Assembly: GCA_049860595.1 (NCBI GenBank)
Contig: CP187551.1
Reading direction: 5' to 3' (one strand)
Source of the DNA: Methanocaldococcus sp. 16A
GTDB lineage: Archaea; AGJL01; Methanococci; Methanococcales; Methanocaldococcaceae
Length of the DNA stretch: 64,000 bases
Shown: positions 8,579-18,943 of the stretch, in pieces
How positions within the stretch are numbered: the first letter of the stretch is position 1
How the letters are laid out: every line of letters begins with the position of its first letter
Notes under the pieces: generated by a model
The model's database searches: none
Told to the model about the DNA's origin: nothing
The model's input: the letters and a program-made list of their open reading frames with translations, nothing else
Position numbers and translations under genes: made by a program

Positions 8579-10279
8579 ATGGATGTCAAAAGCAATATTA
8601 TCAATGCATTAAAAAAAGTAATTAGTGAAAAGATAGGTAAGGAAATTGACATAAAGCTGGACAAAACACCAAATTTGGAGTTGGGAGATTACTCTGTAAA
8701 TATTTGCTTTAAATTAGCTAAAGAGTTAAGGAAGAACCCAAAAATTATTGCTGAAGAGATTGTAGATAAGTTAAAAGCTATGAACATTGAGGGAGTTAAA
8801 GAGATAAAGGCAGTTAATGGATATATAAACTTCTATATTGACTACAATAAATTTGCTAAAAACTTAGTAGAAGATATTGATGAAAAAGGAAAAGATTATG
8901 GAAGAGGAGACAAAAAAGGAATAAAAATTATCTTAGAACATACTTCAGCAAACCCCAACGGACCTTTACATATTGGACATTTGAGAAATGCCATTATTGG
9001 AGATAGTTTAAAAAGAATATTGGAGTTTTATGGATATAATGTTGAAACCCACTACTATGTAAATGATATGGGCAGACAGATGGCATTGGTTGTTTATGGA
9101 ATCGATTTATTTGGTTTAGATAAAGAGAAAAAGAAAGACCATGCAATTGCTGAAACTTATGTAAAAATTAACAAATATTTGGAGGAACATCCTGAAAAAG
9201 AAGAAGAGATTCTTAAATTAATGAGAGAATATGAAGATGCCTTAGAAAAGAATGAAGAAAATGATGTGATTAAAAAATTTGAATTTGCCGTTAATTATGC
9301 ATTAGATGGGATAAAAGAGACACTAAAGAATTTAAATATTAAACATGACACCTTTGTTTGGGAAAGCTCTTATGTAAAAAATGGAATGGTTAAAGAAGTT
9401 ATAGAAAAATTAATGAAGACAGGAAAAGTAATTAAAGAAGAAACCTATATGCTCGATTTATCTGATTTTGGCATTGAAAAGAAGATGGTTTTAGCAAGAG
9501 CTAATGGAACAAGCTTATATTCAACAAGAGATATTGCTTATCATTTAGATAAATTATCAAAGTGTGATATTGGAATAGATGTTTTAGGTGCAGACCATAA
9601 ACTAACAGCCGAAATGGTTAAATCAGCTTTAAAATTACTTGGAAGTAAAGAACCAGAAGTTATCTTCTATGAATTCATCTCACTCCCAGAAGGTTCAATG
9701 AGTACAAGAAAAGGAAGATTTATTAGTGCTGATGAGTTATTAGAAGAGGCTATAAAAAGAGCTAAGGAAGAGTGTAATAAGAGAGGAGTAGAGGAAGATA
9801 TAGCCTATAATATTGGATTAGGAGCAGTTAGATACAACATAGCAAGAATTTCACCAGAAAAGCCAATGATATTTAAATGGGAAGAAGCTTTAGATTTTGA
9901 AAAAGTAGGATGTCCATTTATACAATATGCCCATGCAAGATGCTGTAGTATCTTAAAAGAGGCAGAAAATAAAGGAATCAAAGCTGAGGCAGTATTTAAC
10001 TATGAATTAACTGATGAAGAGAAAGAGTTAATTAAGATGTTAGATGAATTCAAAGATATAATTAAAGAGAGTGCTGAAAATAGAAAAGTGCATGTATTAG
10101 CTAACTACTTATTAGAACTTGCTAAGGCATTTAATAGATTCTATGCAAATTGCCCAATTTTATTGTCAAAAGTTGATGATAACATTAAAAAATCAAGATT
10201 GGCATTAGTCAAAAGCACTAAAACTGTATTAGAGACAGGTTTAGGATTGTTGGGAATAAATTGTCCAGGAAAAATGTAA
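8579..10279 (+). CDS. argS: Arginyl-tRNA synthetase
   Basis: EHTSANPNGPLHIGHLRN, MSTRKG, IQYAHAR. Confidence 0.98.
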   Translation: MDVKSNIINALKKVISEKIGKEIDIKLDKTPNLELGDYSVNICFKLAKELRKNPKIIAEEIVDKLKAMNIEGVKEIKAVNGYINFYIDYNKFAKNLVEDIDEKGKDYGRGDKKGIKIILEHTSANPNGPLHIGHLRNAIIGDSLKRILEFYGYNVETHYYVNDMGRQMALVVYGIDLFGLDKEKKKDHAIAETYVKINKYLEEHPEKEEEILKLMREYEDALEKNEENDVIKKFEFAVNYALDGIKETLKNLNIKHDTFVWESSYVKNGMVKEVIEKLMKTGKVIKEETYMLDLSDFGIEKKMVLARANGTSLYSTRDIAYHLDKLSKCDIGIDVLGADHKLTAEMVKSALKLLGSKEPEVIFYEFISLPEGSMSTRKGRFISADELLEEAIKRAKEECNKRGVEEDIAYNIGLGAVRYNIARISPEKPMIFKWEEALDFEKVGCPFIQYAHARCCSILKEAENKGIKAEAVFNYELTDEEKELIKMLDEFKDIIKESAENRKVHVLANYLLELAKAFNRFYANCPILLSKVDDNIKKSRLALVKSTKTVLETGLGLLGINCPGKM

Positions 10280-10351
10280 ATTATTATCAAATTTTTTAAA
10301 TTTTTATAGTATTTTGTTAATATAAATTGGACAATTGGAGGATTGATTAAA

Positions 10352-10945
10352 ATGACTACTAAAAAAGTGCTTGTTATTGATAATATTGATTCCTTTGTTT
10401 GGAATTTAGTCCAATATGTAGGGACTTTAGGCTATAAAGTTAAGTTAGTGGATAATAAAATCACATTAGAAGAAATAAAGAAAATAAATCCCGATAGGAT
10501 AATTATAAGCCCAGGTCCAAAAACTCCAAAAGAAGCAGGAAATTGTATAAAGATTATTCAAGAGGTGGATATTCCAATCTTAGGAGTTTGTTTGGGACAT
10601 CAATGTATTGTTGAGGCATTTGGTGGAGAAGTTGGAAGAGCAAAGAGAGTTATGCATGGAAAGGCAAGTTTAATAGAGCATGACGGTGAGGGAATTTTTA
10701 AAGACATTCCCAACCCATTCTATGGAGGAAGATATCATTCGTTAATAGCTTATGAAGTGTCAAAAGAGTTAAAAATAACTGCTAAGAGCTTAGATGATGG
10801 CTATATTATGGGAGTTAGACACAAAAAGTTGCCAATTGAAGGAGTTCAATTCCATCCAGAAAGTATATTAACAGAATCAAATAAGCTAAAATTTCCAGAT
10901 TTAGGACTAAAACTTATTAAAAACTTTGTTGAAAATGAATATTAA
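10352..10945 (+). CDS. trpG: Anthranilate synthase component II (glutamine amidotransferase)
   Basis: IDNIDSF, SPGP, GVCLGHQ, QFHPES. Confidence 0.95.
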   Translation: MTTKKVLVIDNIDSFVWNLVQYVGTLGYKVKLVDNKITLEEIKKINPDRIIISPGPKTPKEAGNCIKIIQEVDIPILGVCLGHQCIVEAFGGEVGRAKRVMHGKASLIEHDGEGIFKDIPNPFYGGRYHSLIAYEVSKELKITAKSLDDGYIMGVRHKKLPIEGVQFHPESILTESNKLKFPDLGLKLIKNFVENEY

Positions 10946-10992
10946 TTTTAATCTTAACATATAAACAAAAGAAAGCATTTTACGTGGAAAAT

Positions 10993-11478
10993 ATGGACGT
11001 CTATGAAATACTATATCAATCCTGCTTGGAATATAAAGTATTGTTGGATGGTGAAGAAATTCCGCTATGGAAATTAAAAAAGGATGATTTAGAGAAAGCC
11101 AACTTAGATTTACCGTGGAATTCTATTAGAGATTTAGCCATCTATTTGTATGAACTAAAAAAGAAACAACAAAATTCTAAAGAGCTTATTAAATGTGATA
11201 TAGTAGAGATTTTAGTGGGAATAGCTTTATTAAAGCCAGAAGAAGGAAACAGCTACATGGGACTCGTTACAGAAGATATGTGTCTAACTTATTTAAGCGA
11301 GCTTATAACTGCAAGAATTAATTGCATAGCAAGATACTATTACATGATGAAAAAACCACAAAATACAAATATATTTGATGAAATTATCTTAAAATTTCCA
11401 CAAAAAAAAGATATTAGGGCATCTAACATAAACGATTTAAGGGAGTTAATTTCAAAAATTAGAGATTATTTTAAATAA
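10993..11478 (+). CDS. Conserved hypothetical protein
   Basis: Long ORF with normal codon usage; no motif recognised. Confidence 0.7.
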   Translation: MDVYEILYQSCLEYKVLLDGEEIPLWKLKKDDLEKANLDLPWNSIRDLAIYLYELKKKQQNSKELIKCDIVEILVGIALLKPEEGNSYMGLVTEDMCLTYLSELITARINCIARYYYMMKKPQNTNIFDEIILKFPQKKDIRASNINDLRELISKIRDYFK

Positions 11479-11530
11479 GACTTTTGCAGTTTATATTATT
11501 AGATAATTATATTAAGCTGTGAAAGTTCTA
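11476..11530. repeat. Degenerate short family A palindromic repeat
   Basis: AAGACTTTTGCAG...CTGTGAAAGTTCTA resembles family A termini. Confidence 0.6.
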
Positions 11531-11541
11531 ATTCAGAAGAT

Positions 11542-11640
11542 TTAAATGCCCATTAAAAATACAGGAATTACTGATAACATCATAAGCAAAGCTACAAATA
11601 TTGCCAATAATTGCCTTTTACTAATTTTTGAGTTTTTCAT
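11542..11640 (-). CDS. Unannotated 32-aa small membrane protein MKNSKISKRQLLAIFVALLMMLSVIPVFLMGI
   Basis: ATG 1 bp after the cyaB stop, GGGGG SD-like run, basic N-terminus plus one TM helix. Confidence 0.65.
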   Translation of the reverse strand: MKNSKISKRQLLAIFVALLMMLSVIPVFLMGI

Positions 11641-11641
11641 A

Positions 11642-12166
11642 CTACCCCCTTAGCTCTAAGTATGATTTTCTAATGATATTGTCACTACTAATATTTAAAC
11701 TTTTCAGTATGTCCATTAGCTCATTCAAAATGCTATCTTTTTCATTAATATCAGATATTGACTTTTCTAATTCTAAGAATAGACCTAAGCCCTCAACATC
11801 ATCAATACTTGCCTCTATATCTCCCTTTTTGTAAATCTCTCTAATCTTTCTAATTGGTGGAACTTCTTTAAATCCAAGTTTTTTAAATATCTGTCTCATC
11901 TTTTCTTTATCTTCAATCTTTACTTCAATCTCTTCCCTAGTTTTTGATATTTTATCTATTTTTGGGCCTTTATAAGTGACAAAGAAATTACCATCTTCAT
12001 CTCTAATTCTTAAAGCTTCATCAGTTTCTTTAAAATCTCTATCAATTCCGTTGAAATATATGTCCTCTTGAAATTTTTTCTTAATAAATTTAAAGCCAAG
12101 ATTTTTTAACTGCTCTATCACTTTATCTTTATCGTCAATCTTTACCTTAATCTCAACCTCTATCAT
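11642..12166 (-). CDS. cyaB: CYTH-domain protein / class IV adenylate cyclase
   Basis: IEVEIK, QEDIYF, LRIR, TYKGPK, GLGLFLELE. Confidence 0.9.
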   Translation of the reverse strand: MIEVEIKVKIDDKDKVIEQLKNLGFKFIKKKFQEDIYFNGIDRDFKETDEALRIRDEDGNFFVTYKGPKIDKISKTREEIEVKIEDKEKMRQIFKKLGFKEVPPIRKIREIYKKGDIEASIDDVEGLGLFLELEKSISDINEKDSILNELMDILKSLNISSDNIIRKSYLELRG

Positions 12167-12172
12167 AACTAC

Positions 12173-12610
12173 TCACCAAATAATAGAGATTTTTTTAACA
12201 ACATCCTCTAAGGCATTTTTTATTTCATCCTTATCTACATTTTCCACTATTAAATAAATAACTACATTTTCTCCATCTCTCTCAAGGACTGTTGATGTTA
12301 TATTTCCACCAATCTTAGATATTCTTGAAGTTATATCAGCCAATAATCCAATTCTATCCTTAGCTAGAATCTGTAATTTTAATGCTCCTAATGTGATTTC
12401 TCCCTTTTCTAATAGATATAATCCTTCTTTTGTTAATTTAACTCCACCATTCCTACCTTTTTTTGTCTCTACTAATCCTAAATCTCTTAAAACCCTAATT
12501 TTAACATCTAAGTTTTTTGGATGGATATTTAGTTTTTTGGCTAGTTCTCTAATTGTTATTGGTTCTTTTAGATGTTCCATAATTTTTTTAGTTAAACCTT
12601 CAACTTTCAT
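12173..12610 (-). CDS. wHTH-ACT domain transcriptional regulator
   Basis: N-terminal HTH (ELAKKLNIH...GRNGG) plus ACT motif DRIGLLADIT. Confidence 0.85.
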   Translation of the reverse strand: MKVEGLTKKIMEHLKEPITIRELAKKLNIHPKNLDVKIRVLRDLGLVETKKGRNGGVKLTKEGLYLLEKGEITLGALKLQILAKDRIGLLADITSRISKIGGNITSTVLERDGENVVIYLIVENVDKDEIKNALEDVVKKISIIW

Positions 12611-12725
12611 ACTCCCACAGTAATTTATTTAAATTTACAAATTAGTTTTTGTATAAAAATAAAAAGAATAACTAAATTAAAAATAACCTAAAATAAAAAT
12701 AAAAGACATTAATATAATCTCAATA

Positions 12726-12833
12726 TTATGATCTAGCTCTCTTTCTCTCTCTCTTTAACCTTCTTAATCTTTTCTTATACCATTTCCATCTCATTCTTCC
12801 TTTCTTTTTCCATCTTCTTGAACTCCTCTTTAT
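12726..12833 (-). CDS. rpl41e: Ribosomal protein eL41/eS32 (35-aa form with ATA start; internal ATG at 12794 gives 22 aa)
   Basis: (I/M)[34 protein letters not shown]; SD GGGTGA 4 nt before ATA. Confidence 0.9.
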   Translation of the reverse strand: MKRSSRRWKKKGRMRWKWYKKRLRRLKRERKRARS

Positions 12834-12917
12834 AGTATCACCCTCTTGTAATGTTCTCTTTAATGTTTTTCATCTAATAATATAAGAACCCTTACTTAAA
12901 CTTTTTGGTTTTAACCT

Positions 12918-13166
12918 TTATTTTAACCAGCTACCTTTTTCTACAACAACATAGCCTTCTTTATTTACCTTAGGGGCAATTTTTAGAAATTTCTCTCTGA
13001 ATTCTGGATTACTTTCAATTGCTTCATCATCTCTAAGAACATTCCTGCTGTCAATAATATAGTAGCTCTCTTCCATCTCTAAGTCAAACTTCTCTAAGAC
13101 CTCGCTAAATTTGTTGATAATTTCTTCAGCCTCTTTTTTTATTTTTTCAATGGTTTTTTCATCCAT
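12918..13166 (-). CDS. gatC: Asp-tRNA(Asn) amidotransferase subunit C
   Basis: NVLRDD...FLKIAPK..GYVVVEK, GatC-like; size fits. Confidence 0.8.
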   Translation of the reverse strand: MDEKTIEKIKKEAEEIINKFSEVLEKFDLEMEESYYIIDSRNVLRDDEAIESNPEFREKFLKIAPKVNKEGYVVVEKGSWLK

Positions 13167-13178
13167 TAAACTCACCGT

Positions 13179-14048
13179 TTAGATTAAACCGAGTTCTTTC
13201 AAAACATTTTCTAATATTTTTTTATGCTCTTCACTCATCTCACATAGAGGTAATCTCAACTCACCAGCAGGTCTACCCATCATATTTAAAGCTGTTTTTA
13301 CAGGGATTGGATTAGTTTCAATAAACATTGCCTTCATCAATGGGAATAACTTATAGTGAATTTCTCTCGCTTTTTCAAAATCTCCATTTAATGCAGAATT
13401 AACCATTTCAACAAAATCCTTTGGAACTATATTAGCTACAACACTAATAACTCCTTTTCCTCCCAAGGCGATTATTGGTAGAGTTAGCTCGTCATTTCCT
13501 GAAAGAACAGTTATCTTAGCATCATGTATTAACTCAGAAACTTGAGATAAATTAGGATTTGCTTCTTTAACTGCTGAAATATTACTGTATTCTTCTGCTA
13601 AAAGCTTTACAGTCTTTGGTTCTAAATTAACAGATGTTCTTGAAGGGACATTGTATAAGATAATTGGAATATTTATTGATTCAGCAATCTTTCCAAAATG
13701 TCTTCTTAAACCTTCCTGTGTAGGTTTGTTGTAATAGGGAGTTATTGACAAAACTGCGTCTGCTCCAACATCCTCAGCAAAAATAGATAGCTCTACAGCT
13801 TCCTCTGTGCAGTTTGAACCTGCCCCTGCAATAACTTGAACTCTTCCATCAACAATCTCTACAGCCTTTTCAATAACTTTTTTATGCTCTTCATGTGATA
13901 AAGTAGGACTTTCTCCAGTAGTTCCAACAGCTACAATTCCACTAACACCATTTTCAATTAAAAAGTTTATATTCTCCTCTAATCCTTCATAATCTATTTC
14001 ATTATTTTTAAAAGGAGTAATGATGGCGGGATAGACCCCCTTAAACAT
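13179..14048 (-). CDS. dapA: 4-hydroxy-tetrahydrodipicolinate synthase
   Basis: GTTGES, PYYNKP, YNVPSRT, NPIPVK. Confidence 0.97.
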   Translation of the reverse strand: MFKGVYPAIITPFKNNEIDYEGLEENINFLIENGVSGIVAVGTTGESPTLSHEEHKKVIEKAVEIVDGRVQVIAGAGSNCTEEAVELSIFAEDVGADAVLSITPYYNKPTQEGLRRHFGKIAESINIPIILYNVPSRTSVNLEPKTVKLLAEEYSNISAVKEANPNLSQVSELIHDAKITVLSGNDELTLPIIALGGKGVISVVANIVPKDFVEMVNSALNGDFEKAREIHYKLFPLMKAMFIETNPIPVKTALNMMGRPAGELRLPLCEMSEEHKKILENVLKELGLI

Positions 14049-14058
14049 AGCTTCACCT

Positions 14059-14247
14059 TTATTGGAGCTGTCTCATTTTGTGAGTAATATATCCAGCAAT
14101 TCTATTTCTCAATCTTTTTGTTGAGATTTGAGCTACTTGTTCTAAAACTCTTTTGTTTGTTTCAAAGTCTGTTGTAAATAAATCTCTGTATTTCTTAATT
14201 AATTCCATAGCAGTTCTCTTGATTAATGCTTGTCTAATCCTTCCCAT
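14059..14247 (-). CDS. rps17e: 30S ribosomal protein S17e
   Basis: MGRIRQ...DFETNK...LRNRIAGYIT. Confidence 0.96.
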   Translation of the reverse strand: MGRIRQALIKRTAMELIKKYRDLFTTDFETNKRVLEQVAQISTKRLRNRIAGYITHKMRQLQ

Positions 14248-14280
14248 CATCTCACCTGCCAAAATTTTTATTTTTTTAAT

Positions 14281-14577
14281 TTATTTGTTTTTATTTTGTG
14301 TTTCTTCAAGATATTTTCTTTGAAGGGTTTTGTTATGCTCTATTAATATTTGAAATATTTTAATACCAATATTTTCATCAACGTTATGTTCTTTACAAAG
14401 TTTTCTTATCCTATCGTATATATATTTTTCTCTATCTGGGTCGTTAATAGGAATGCCAAGCTGGTTTTTAATCTCAGCCACATCCTTAGCTAAGCTATTT
14501 CTTTCAGCAATTAACTTTAATATCTTATTATCAATCTCATCAATTTTCTTCCTAATTTCAGCAAGCTTCTCTATCAT
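14281..14577 (-). CDS. aroQ: Chorismate mutase (AroQ)
   Basis: LAEIRKKIDEID...ER...K...DPDRE. Confidence 0.92.
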   Translation of the reverse strand: MIEKLAEIRKKIDEIDNKILKLIAERNSLAKDVAEIKNQLGIPINDPDREKYIYDRIRKLCKEHNVDENIGIKIFQILIEHNKTLQRKYLEETQNKNK

Positions 14578-14635
14578 TGTAATCACAGAATGCTTATTAT
14601 AACTGAACTAAAATATATATAAAGTTTGTTATTTA

Positions 14636-14714
14636 TATGGGACTTTCTCAGTTTATATTATTCAATACTGCAGTAGGATGTCAATAGAATATTTATTCCT
14701 GCGAAAGTCCTATA
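14636..14714. repeat. Family A palindromic repeat
   Basis: TATGGGACTTTCTCAG...CTGCGAAAGTCCTATA. Confidence 0.8.
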
Positions 14715-14798
14715 TATTTGTATCAACAGAAAGTGTCAAAACAAATGATAGGCAATACCTAAAAATATAAAAGAAATATAAAAATGTTTTTATATCTT

Positions 14799-14849
14799 TA
14801 TAGGACAAATACTATTTTTACTTTTATTAGTATATGTGAAAGTCCTATA
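14799..14849. repeat. Internally deleted family A repeat
   Basis: TATAGGAC...GTGAAAGTCCTATA. Confidence 0.6.
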
Positions 14850-14870
14850 GTATTTAGAACTGGTGATATT

Positions 14871-15614
14871 ATGTTCAGAGGAGTTATGGAGAGTGCAAAA
14901 GAGTTTAAAAAAGTTGTTGATACAGTATCAACACTTTTAGATGAAATTTGCTTTGAGGTTGATGAAGAGGGAATAAAAGCTGCTGCAATGGACCCTAGTC
15001 ATGTTGCTTTAGTTAGCTTAGAAATTCCAAAATTGGCGTTTGAAGAATATGAAGCAGACACTCATGAGATTGGAATTGATTTAGAAGCTTTCAAAAAAGT
15101 TATGAATAGGGCAAAATCAAAAGATAAATTAATATTAGAGTTAGATGAAGAAAAGAATAAATTAAATGTTATCTTTGAAAATACTGGAAAGAGGAAGTTT
15201 AGCTTAGCTTTGTTAGATTTATCTGCTTCATCAGTTAAAGTTCCTGATATTGAGTATCCAAACGTAATAATGATTAAGGGAGATGCTTTCAAAGAAGCTT
15301 TAAAAGATGCTGATTTATTTAGTGATTATGTAATTTTAAAGGCTGATGAAGATAAGTTTGTAGTTCATGCTAAAGGAGATTTAAACGAAAATGAAGCAAT
15401 ATTTGAAAAAGACAGTTCTGCAATTATTAGCTTAGAAGTTACAGAAGAAGCAAAAAGTGCATTTAACTTAGATTATCTAATGGACATGGTTAAGGGAGTT
15501 AGTTCAGGAGATATTATCAAAATCTACTTAGGTAATGACATGCCTGTAAAGATAGAGTATTCATTAGCTGGAGTTAATTTAACTTTCCTCTTAGCTCCAA
15601 GGATTGAAGGCTAA
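14871..15614 (+). CDS. pcn: DNA polymerase sliding clamp (PCNA)
   Basis: [17 protein letters not shown]; ATG 14871 after GGTGA. Confidence 0.97.
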   Translation: MFRGVMESAKEFKKVVDTVSTLLDEICFEVDEEGIKAAAMDPSHVALVSLEIPKLAFEEYEADTHEIGIDLEAFKKVMNRAKSKDKLILELDEEKNKLNVIFENTGKRKFSLALLDLSASSVKVPDIEYPNVIMIKGDAFKEALKDADLFSDYVILKADEDKFVVHAKGDLNENEAIFEKDSSAIISLEVTEEAKSAFNLDYLMDMVKGVSSGDIIKIYLGNDMPVKIEYSLAGVNLTFLLAPRIEG

Positions 15615-15623
15615 CGTGGGATT

Positions 15624-16145
15624 ATGCACGAACTATATGAAACATTAAAAAATTATTTTTTTGAAGAGATAAAGGCTGATAAATTATTAAAATTGCCCGA
15701 TAATTTTTATGATGAAGATAGAGAATATATAAAAAATATTAAAGATGAAATTGAGCTTGAGAGAGCTAAATATTATTTTAAAGAACTTAGAAAGTTAAGG
15801 ATATATAAAGCTCTGTATTTAGACAATGAGAGAGAAAACTTACTTCCAGAAGAGCTAAATATTATATACGCTATTGAAAATGTTGTCGTAGAATTGAAAA
15901 TTGAGGAAAATGTTGAATCTAATGAAGCAGATGAGATTGAGATACCAAAACCTATATATACAATAAATGATATTGATGTTGTAAAGGTTGATAAAAACTT
16001 TCCACCATTCACAGACGGCACTTTTATATATAACCTAAACAAAAATGATGTCCTCACCTTAGATAAAAAAATATCAGATATTTTAAAAAAACACAGAATT
16101 GTTTCAAGAATAGGTGAAAGTTATGAAAATGCCGAAAAAAGTTAG
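15624..16145 (+). CDS. GINS complex subunit (Gins51-like)
   Basis: [17 protein letters not shown]-terminal B-domain; located between PCNA and L44e as usual in archaea. Confidence 0.75.
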   Translation: MHELYETLKNYFFEEIKADKLLKLPDNFYDEDREYIKNIKDEIELERAKYYFKELRKLRIYKALYLDNERENLLPEELNIIYAIENVVVELKIEENVESNEADEIEIPKPIYTINDIDVVKVDKNFPPFTDGTFIYNLNKNDVLTLDKKISDILKKHRIVSRIGESYENAEKS

Positions 16146-16407
16146 AAGATACTGTCCATACTGTAAAAAACACACAATACACACTGTAGAGAAGGCAAAA
16201 AAAGGAAAACCTAGTGAATTAACTTGGGGTCAAAGGCAGTTCAGAAGAGTAACAGCTGGTTATGGAGGTTTCCCAAGACCTTTACCAGACAGGTCAAAAC
16301 CTGTTAAAAAGATAGACTTAAGATTTAAATGCACCGTCTGTGGAAAAATGCACACAAAAGCAAATGGATGCTTTAGGTCAGGTAGATTTGAATTCGTTGA
16401 GAAATAA
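16123..16407 (+). CDS. rpl44e: 50S ribosomal protein L44e
   Basis: [23 protein letters not shown]. Confidence 0.96.
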   Translation: MKMPKKVRRYCPYCKKHTIHTVEKAKKGKPSELTWGQRQFRRVTAGYGGFPRPLPDRSKPVKKIDLRFKCTVCGKMHTKANGCFRSGRFEFVEK

Positions 16408-16464
16408 ACTTTAAAAACTTTAAACTCTTTTTAAACACTTTAAATAAAATTGTAGAGAGGGGAG

Positions 16465-16653
16465 ATGATGGAGTTAATCCCACAACCAAGAACAAAATTC
16501 TTAAGAGTCCAGTGTCCAGAATGTAACAACGAGCAAGTAGTCTTTGGAAGCCCAGCTACTGTTGTTAAATGTTTAACATGTGGGAAAGTTTTGGTTGAGC
16601 CAAGAGGTGGAAAAGGAAAAGTTAAAGCTAAAATTTTAGAAATCTTAGGTTAA
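16465..16653 (+). CDS. rps27e: 30S ribosomal protein S27e
   Basis: CPECNNEQ...[13 protein letters not shown]. Confidence 0.96.
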   Translation: MMELIPQPRTKFLRVQCPECNNEQVVFGSPATVVKCLTCGKVLVEPRGGKGKVKAKILEILG

Positions 16654-16852
16654 AAATATTATCTGATTTTTTTAATTAATTATTTGAAAACCTTATTTAT
16701 TATTTTAAACAATTTTTATCTAATTTCTAAGAAAGAAAATAGATAAATTTATTTTTATTTTAATCTATATATTTAAATATATAAATTAAATTTTATAAAA
16801 AACATTTAATAGTAAAAATACAGAAATTAAAATTAGATAAAAAGGTGGTAAT

Positions 16853-18139
16853 ATGAAAATTATTTTTAGAGGGGCAGCATTGGAAGTTGGAAGAAGCTGT
16901 ATAGAAATAAAAACTGATAAAAGTAAAATATTATTGGATTGTGGAGTTAAGCTTGGAAAAGAAATTGAATATCCAATATTGGATGAATCAATAAAGGATG
17001 TTGATAAAGTTTTTATTTCACATGCCCACTTAGACCACTCAGGAGCTTTACCAATATTATTTCATAGAAGAATAGATGTTCCGGTGATTACAACTGAGCT
17101 ATCAAAAAAATTAATTAAGGTTTTACTAAAAGATATGGTAAAAATTGCTGAAACAGAAAATAGAGAGATTCCTTACAACAACCATGATGTAAAAGAGGCA
17201 ATGCGACATACAATTCCATTAAATTACAAAGATAAAAAATACTACAAAGATTTTTCCTATGAGCTCTTTAGTGCTGGGCATATTCCAGGGAGTGCATCAA
17301 TTTTATTAGAATATAATAATAACAAAACTATCTTATATACTGGAGATGTAAAGCTGAGGGATACAAGATTAACAAAAGGAGCTGATTTAAGCTATATAAA
17401 AGATGATATTGATGTTTTAATAATTGAATCAACCTATGGAAACAGCATACATCCAGATAGAAAAGCTGTAGAGCAAAGTTTTATAGAAAAGATAAAAGAG
17501 GTTTTATTTAGGGGAGGGGTTGCTTTAATACCAGTATTTGCTGTAGATAGAGCTCAAGAAATATTATTAATATTAAATGATTATGGCATAGATGCCCCAA
17601 TCTACTTAGATGGAATGGCTGTTGAAGTTACAAAGTTAATGTTAATGTATAAAAATATGTTAAATGAATCTCATCAATTAGAAAAAGCTCTAAAAAATGT
17701 CAAAATGATTGAAAAATCAGAAGATAGAATTAAAGCAGTTGAGAATTTATCAAAAAATGGAGGAATTGTTGTAACAACTGCAGGAATGTTAGATGGAGGG
17801 CCTATACTATATTATTTAAAATTATTCATGCACAATCCAAAAAACGCTTTATTATTAACTGGATATCAAGTTAGAGATTCTAATGGAAGGCATTTGATTG
17901 AAACTGGAAAATTATTTATTGGAAAAGATGAAGTTAAGCCTAACTTAGAGGTTTGCATGTATAACTTCTCATGCCATGCTGGAATGGATGAGTTACATGA
18001 GATAATCAAAAAAGTTAATCCTGAGTTATTAATTATACAGCATGGAGAGGTTGTGCAATCAACAACATTAAGGAATTGGGCTTTAGAACATGGTTTTGAT
18101 GCAATAATTCCAAAGTTAGAAGAAAAAATAAGAATTTGA
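16853..18139 (+). CDS. MBL/beta-CASP ribonuclease (aCPSF-like)
   Basis: EVGRSC, SHAHLDHSG, AGHIPGS, ESTYG, FSCHA. Confidence 0.92.
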   Translation: MKIIFRGAALEVGRSCIEIKTDKSKILLDCGVKLGKEIEYPILDESIKDVDKVFISHAHLDHSGALPILFHRRIDVPVITTELSKKLIKVLLKDMVKIAETENREIPYNNHDVKEAMRHTIPLNYKDKKYYKDFSYELFSAGHIPGSASILLEYNNNKTILYTGDVKLRDTRLTKGADLSYIKDDIDVLIIESTYGNSIHPDRKAVEQSFIEKIKEVLFRGGVALIPVFAVDRAQEILLILNDYGIDAPIYLDGMAVEVTKLMLMYKNMLNESHQLEKALKNVKMIEKSEDRIKAVENLSKNGGIVVTTAGMLDGGPILYYLKLFMHNPKNALLLTGYQVRDSNGRHLIETGKLFIGKDEVKPNLEVCMYNFSCHAGMDELHEIIKKVNPELLIIQHGEVVQSTTLRNWALEHGFDAIIPKLEEKIRI

Positions 18140-18148
18140 GGAAGAAAT

Positions 18149-18934
18149 ATGTTAGGATTAAAGATTGAAGATGCCATAAAATACAATGAGAATTTAAAAA
18201 AATATGTGTATAAAAAAGGAGATAAACTTAGAATTGACTTTAAAGATAAAGAGGCATTAATGGAATATAACAAAACAGTTTTAAAAGTTTTGTTTGATTT
18301 AGACATTGAGTTTCATAAAAATGGGCTAATCCCTACACCAATAAACAGATATCTTTTTATAAAATCAACTTTTGAAACATTAAAAAAAATAGGTATAGAA
18401 AAACCCAAGGTTTTAGAGATTGGTACTGGGCATTCTGCCATAATTTCTCTATTAATAAAAAAATTTTATGATGCCGAGGTTTATGCTACTGAGGTTGATG
18501 AAGAATTTATAAATTTTGCTAAAAGAAACATAGAGAAAAATAAATTGGATATAAAGATTATAAATTCTAAAGGGAAAGTTATTGAAGGCATTAAAGAAAT
18601 CGAAGGAATAAAATTTGATTTAATTATCTCTTATCCTCCTTTCTATTCAAAAAATTCTGTTGCAAGTGGGAGAAAGTTTGGAGGGGCTTTAGCTAAAAAT
18701 GTAGAGCTTATAGGAGGAGGGAAATTTGGGGAAGAATTTTCATTTAAAATAATTGAAGAAGGGATTAATTTTTTAAATAAAAAAGGAGTTATTGCCTTAA
18801 TGATGCCAAAAAAACCAGAAGATAGGAGAAAGTTAATCATTGAAAAAATGAGAGATGTTGATTTAAATGTTGAGGTTGACGAAATTAAAACTGGAAATAG
18901 AATTAGGTATATAATTAAAGGATTAAGATGTTAA
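18149..18934 (+). CDS. RlmF-related SAM-dependent methyltransferase
   Basis: LEIGTG, YPPFY, GLIPTP. Confidence 0.85.
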   Translation: MLGLKIEDAIKYNENLKKYVYKKGDKLRIDFKDKEALMEYNKTVLKVLFDLDIEFHKNGLIPTPINRYLFIKSTFETLKKIGIEKPKVLEIGTGHSAIISLLIKKFYDAEVYATEVDEEFINFAKRNIEKNKLDIKIINSKGKVIEGIKEIEGIKFDLIISYPPFYSKNSVASGRKFGGALAKNVELIGGGKFGEEFSFKIIEEGINFLNKKGVIALMMPKKPEDRRKLIIEKMRDVDLNVEVDEIKTGNRIRYIIKGLRC

Positions 18935-18943
18935 GGTGGAATA

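Noticed and set aside
14614-14630. Near-match to the TnpB copy 1 guide (TATATATAAAGTTTG)
   Set aside because: Low-complexity TATA-like sequence, needs a gap and has no GCC motif upstream.
14784-14870. N-terminal extensions in the ORF track (PCNA; likewise trpD, rps15, phosphoesterase, tfrA)
   Set aside because: They run through repeats, element ends or neighbouring genes; downstream starts have proper GGTGA-type SDs and match family N-termini.
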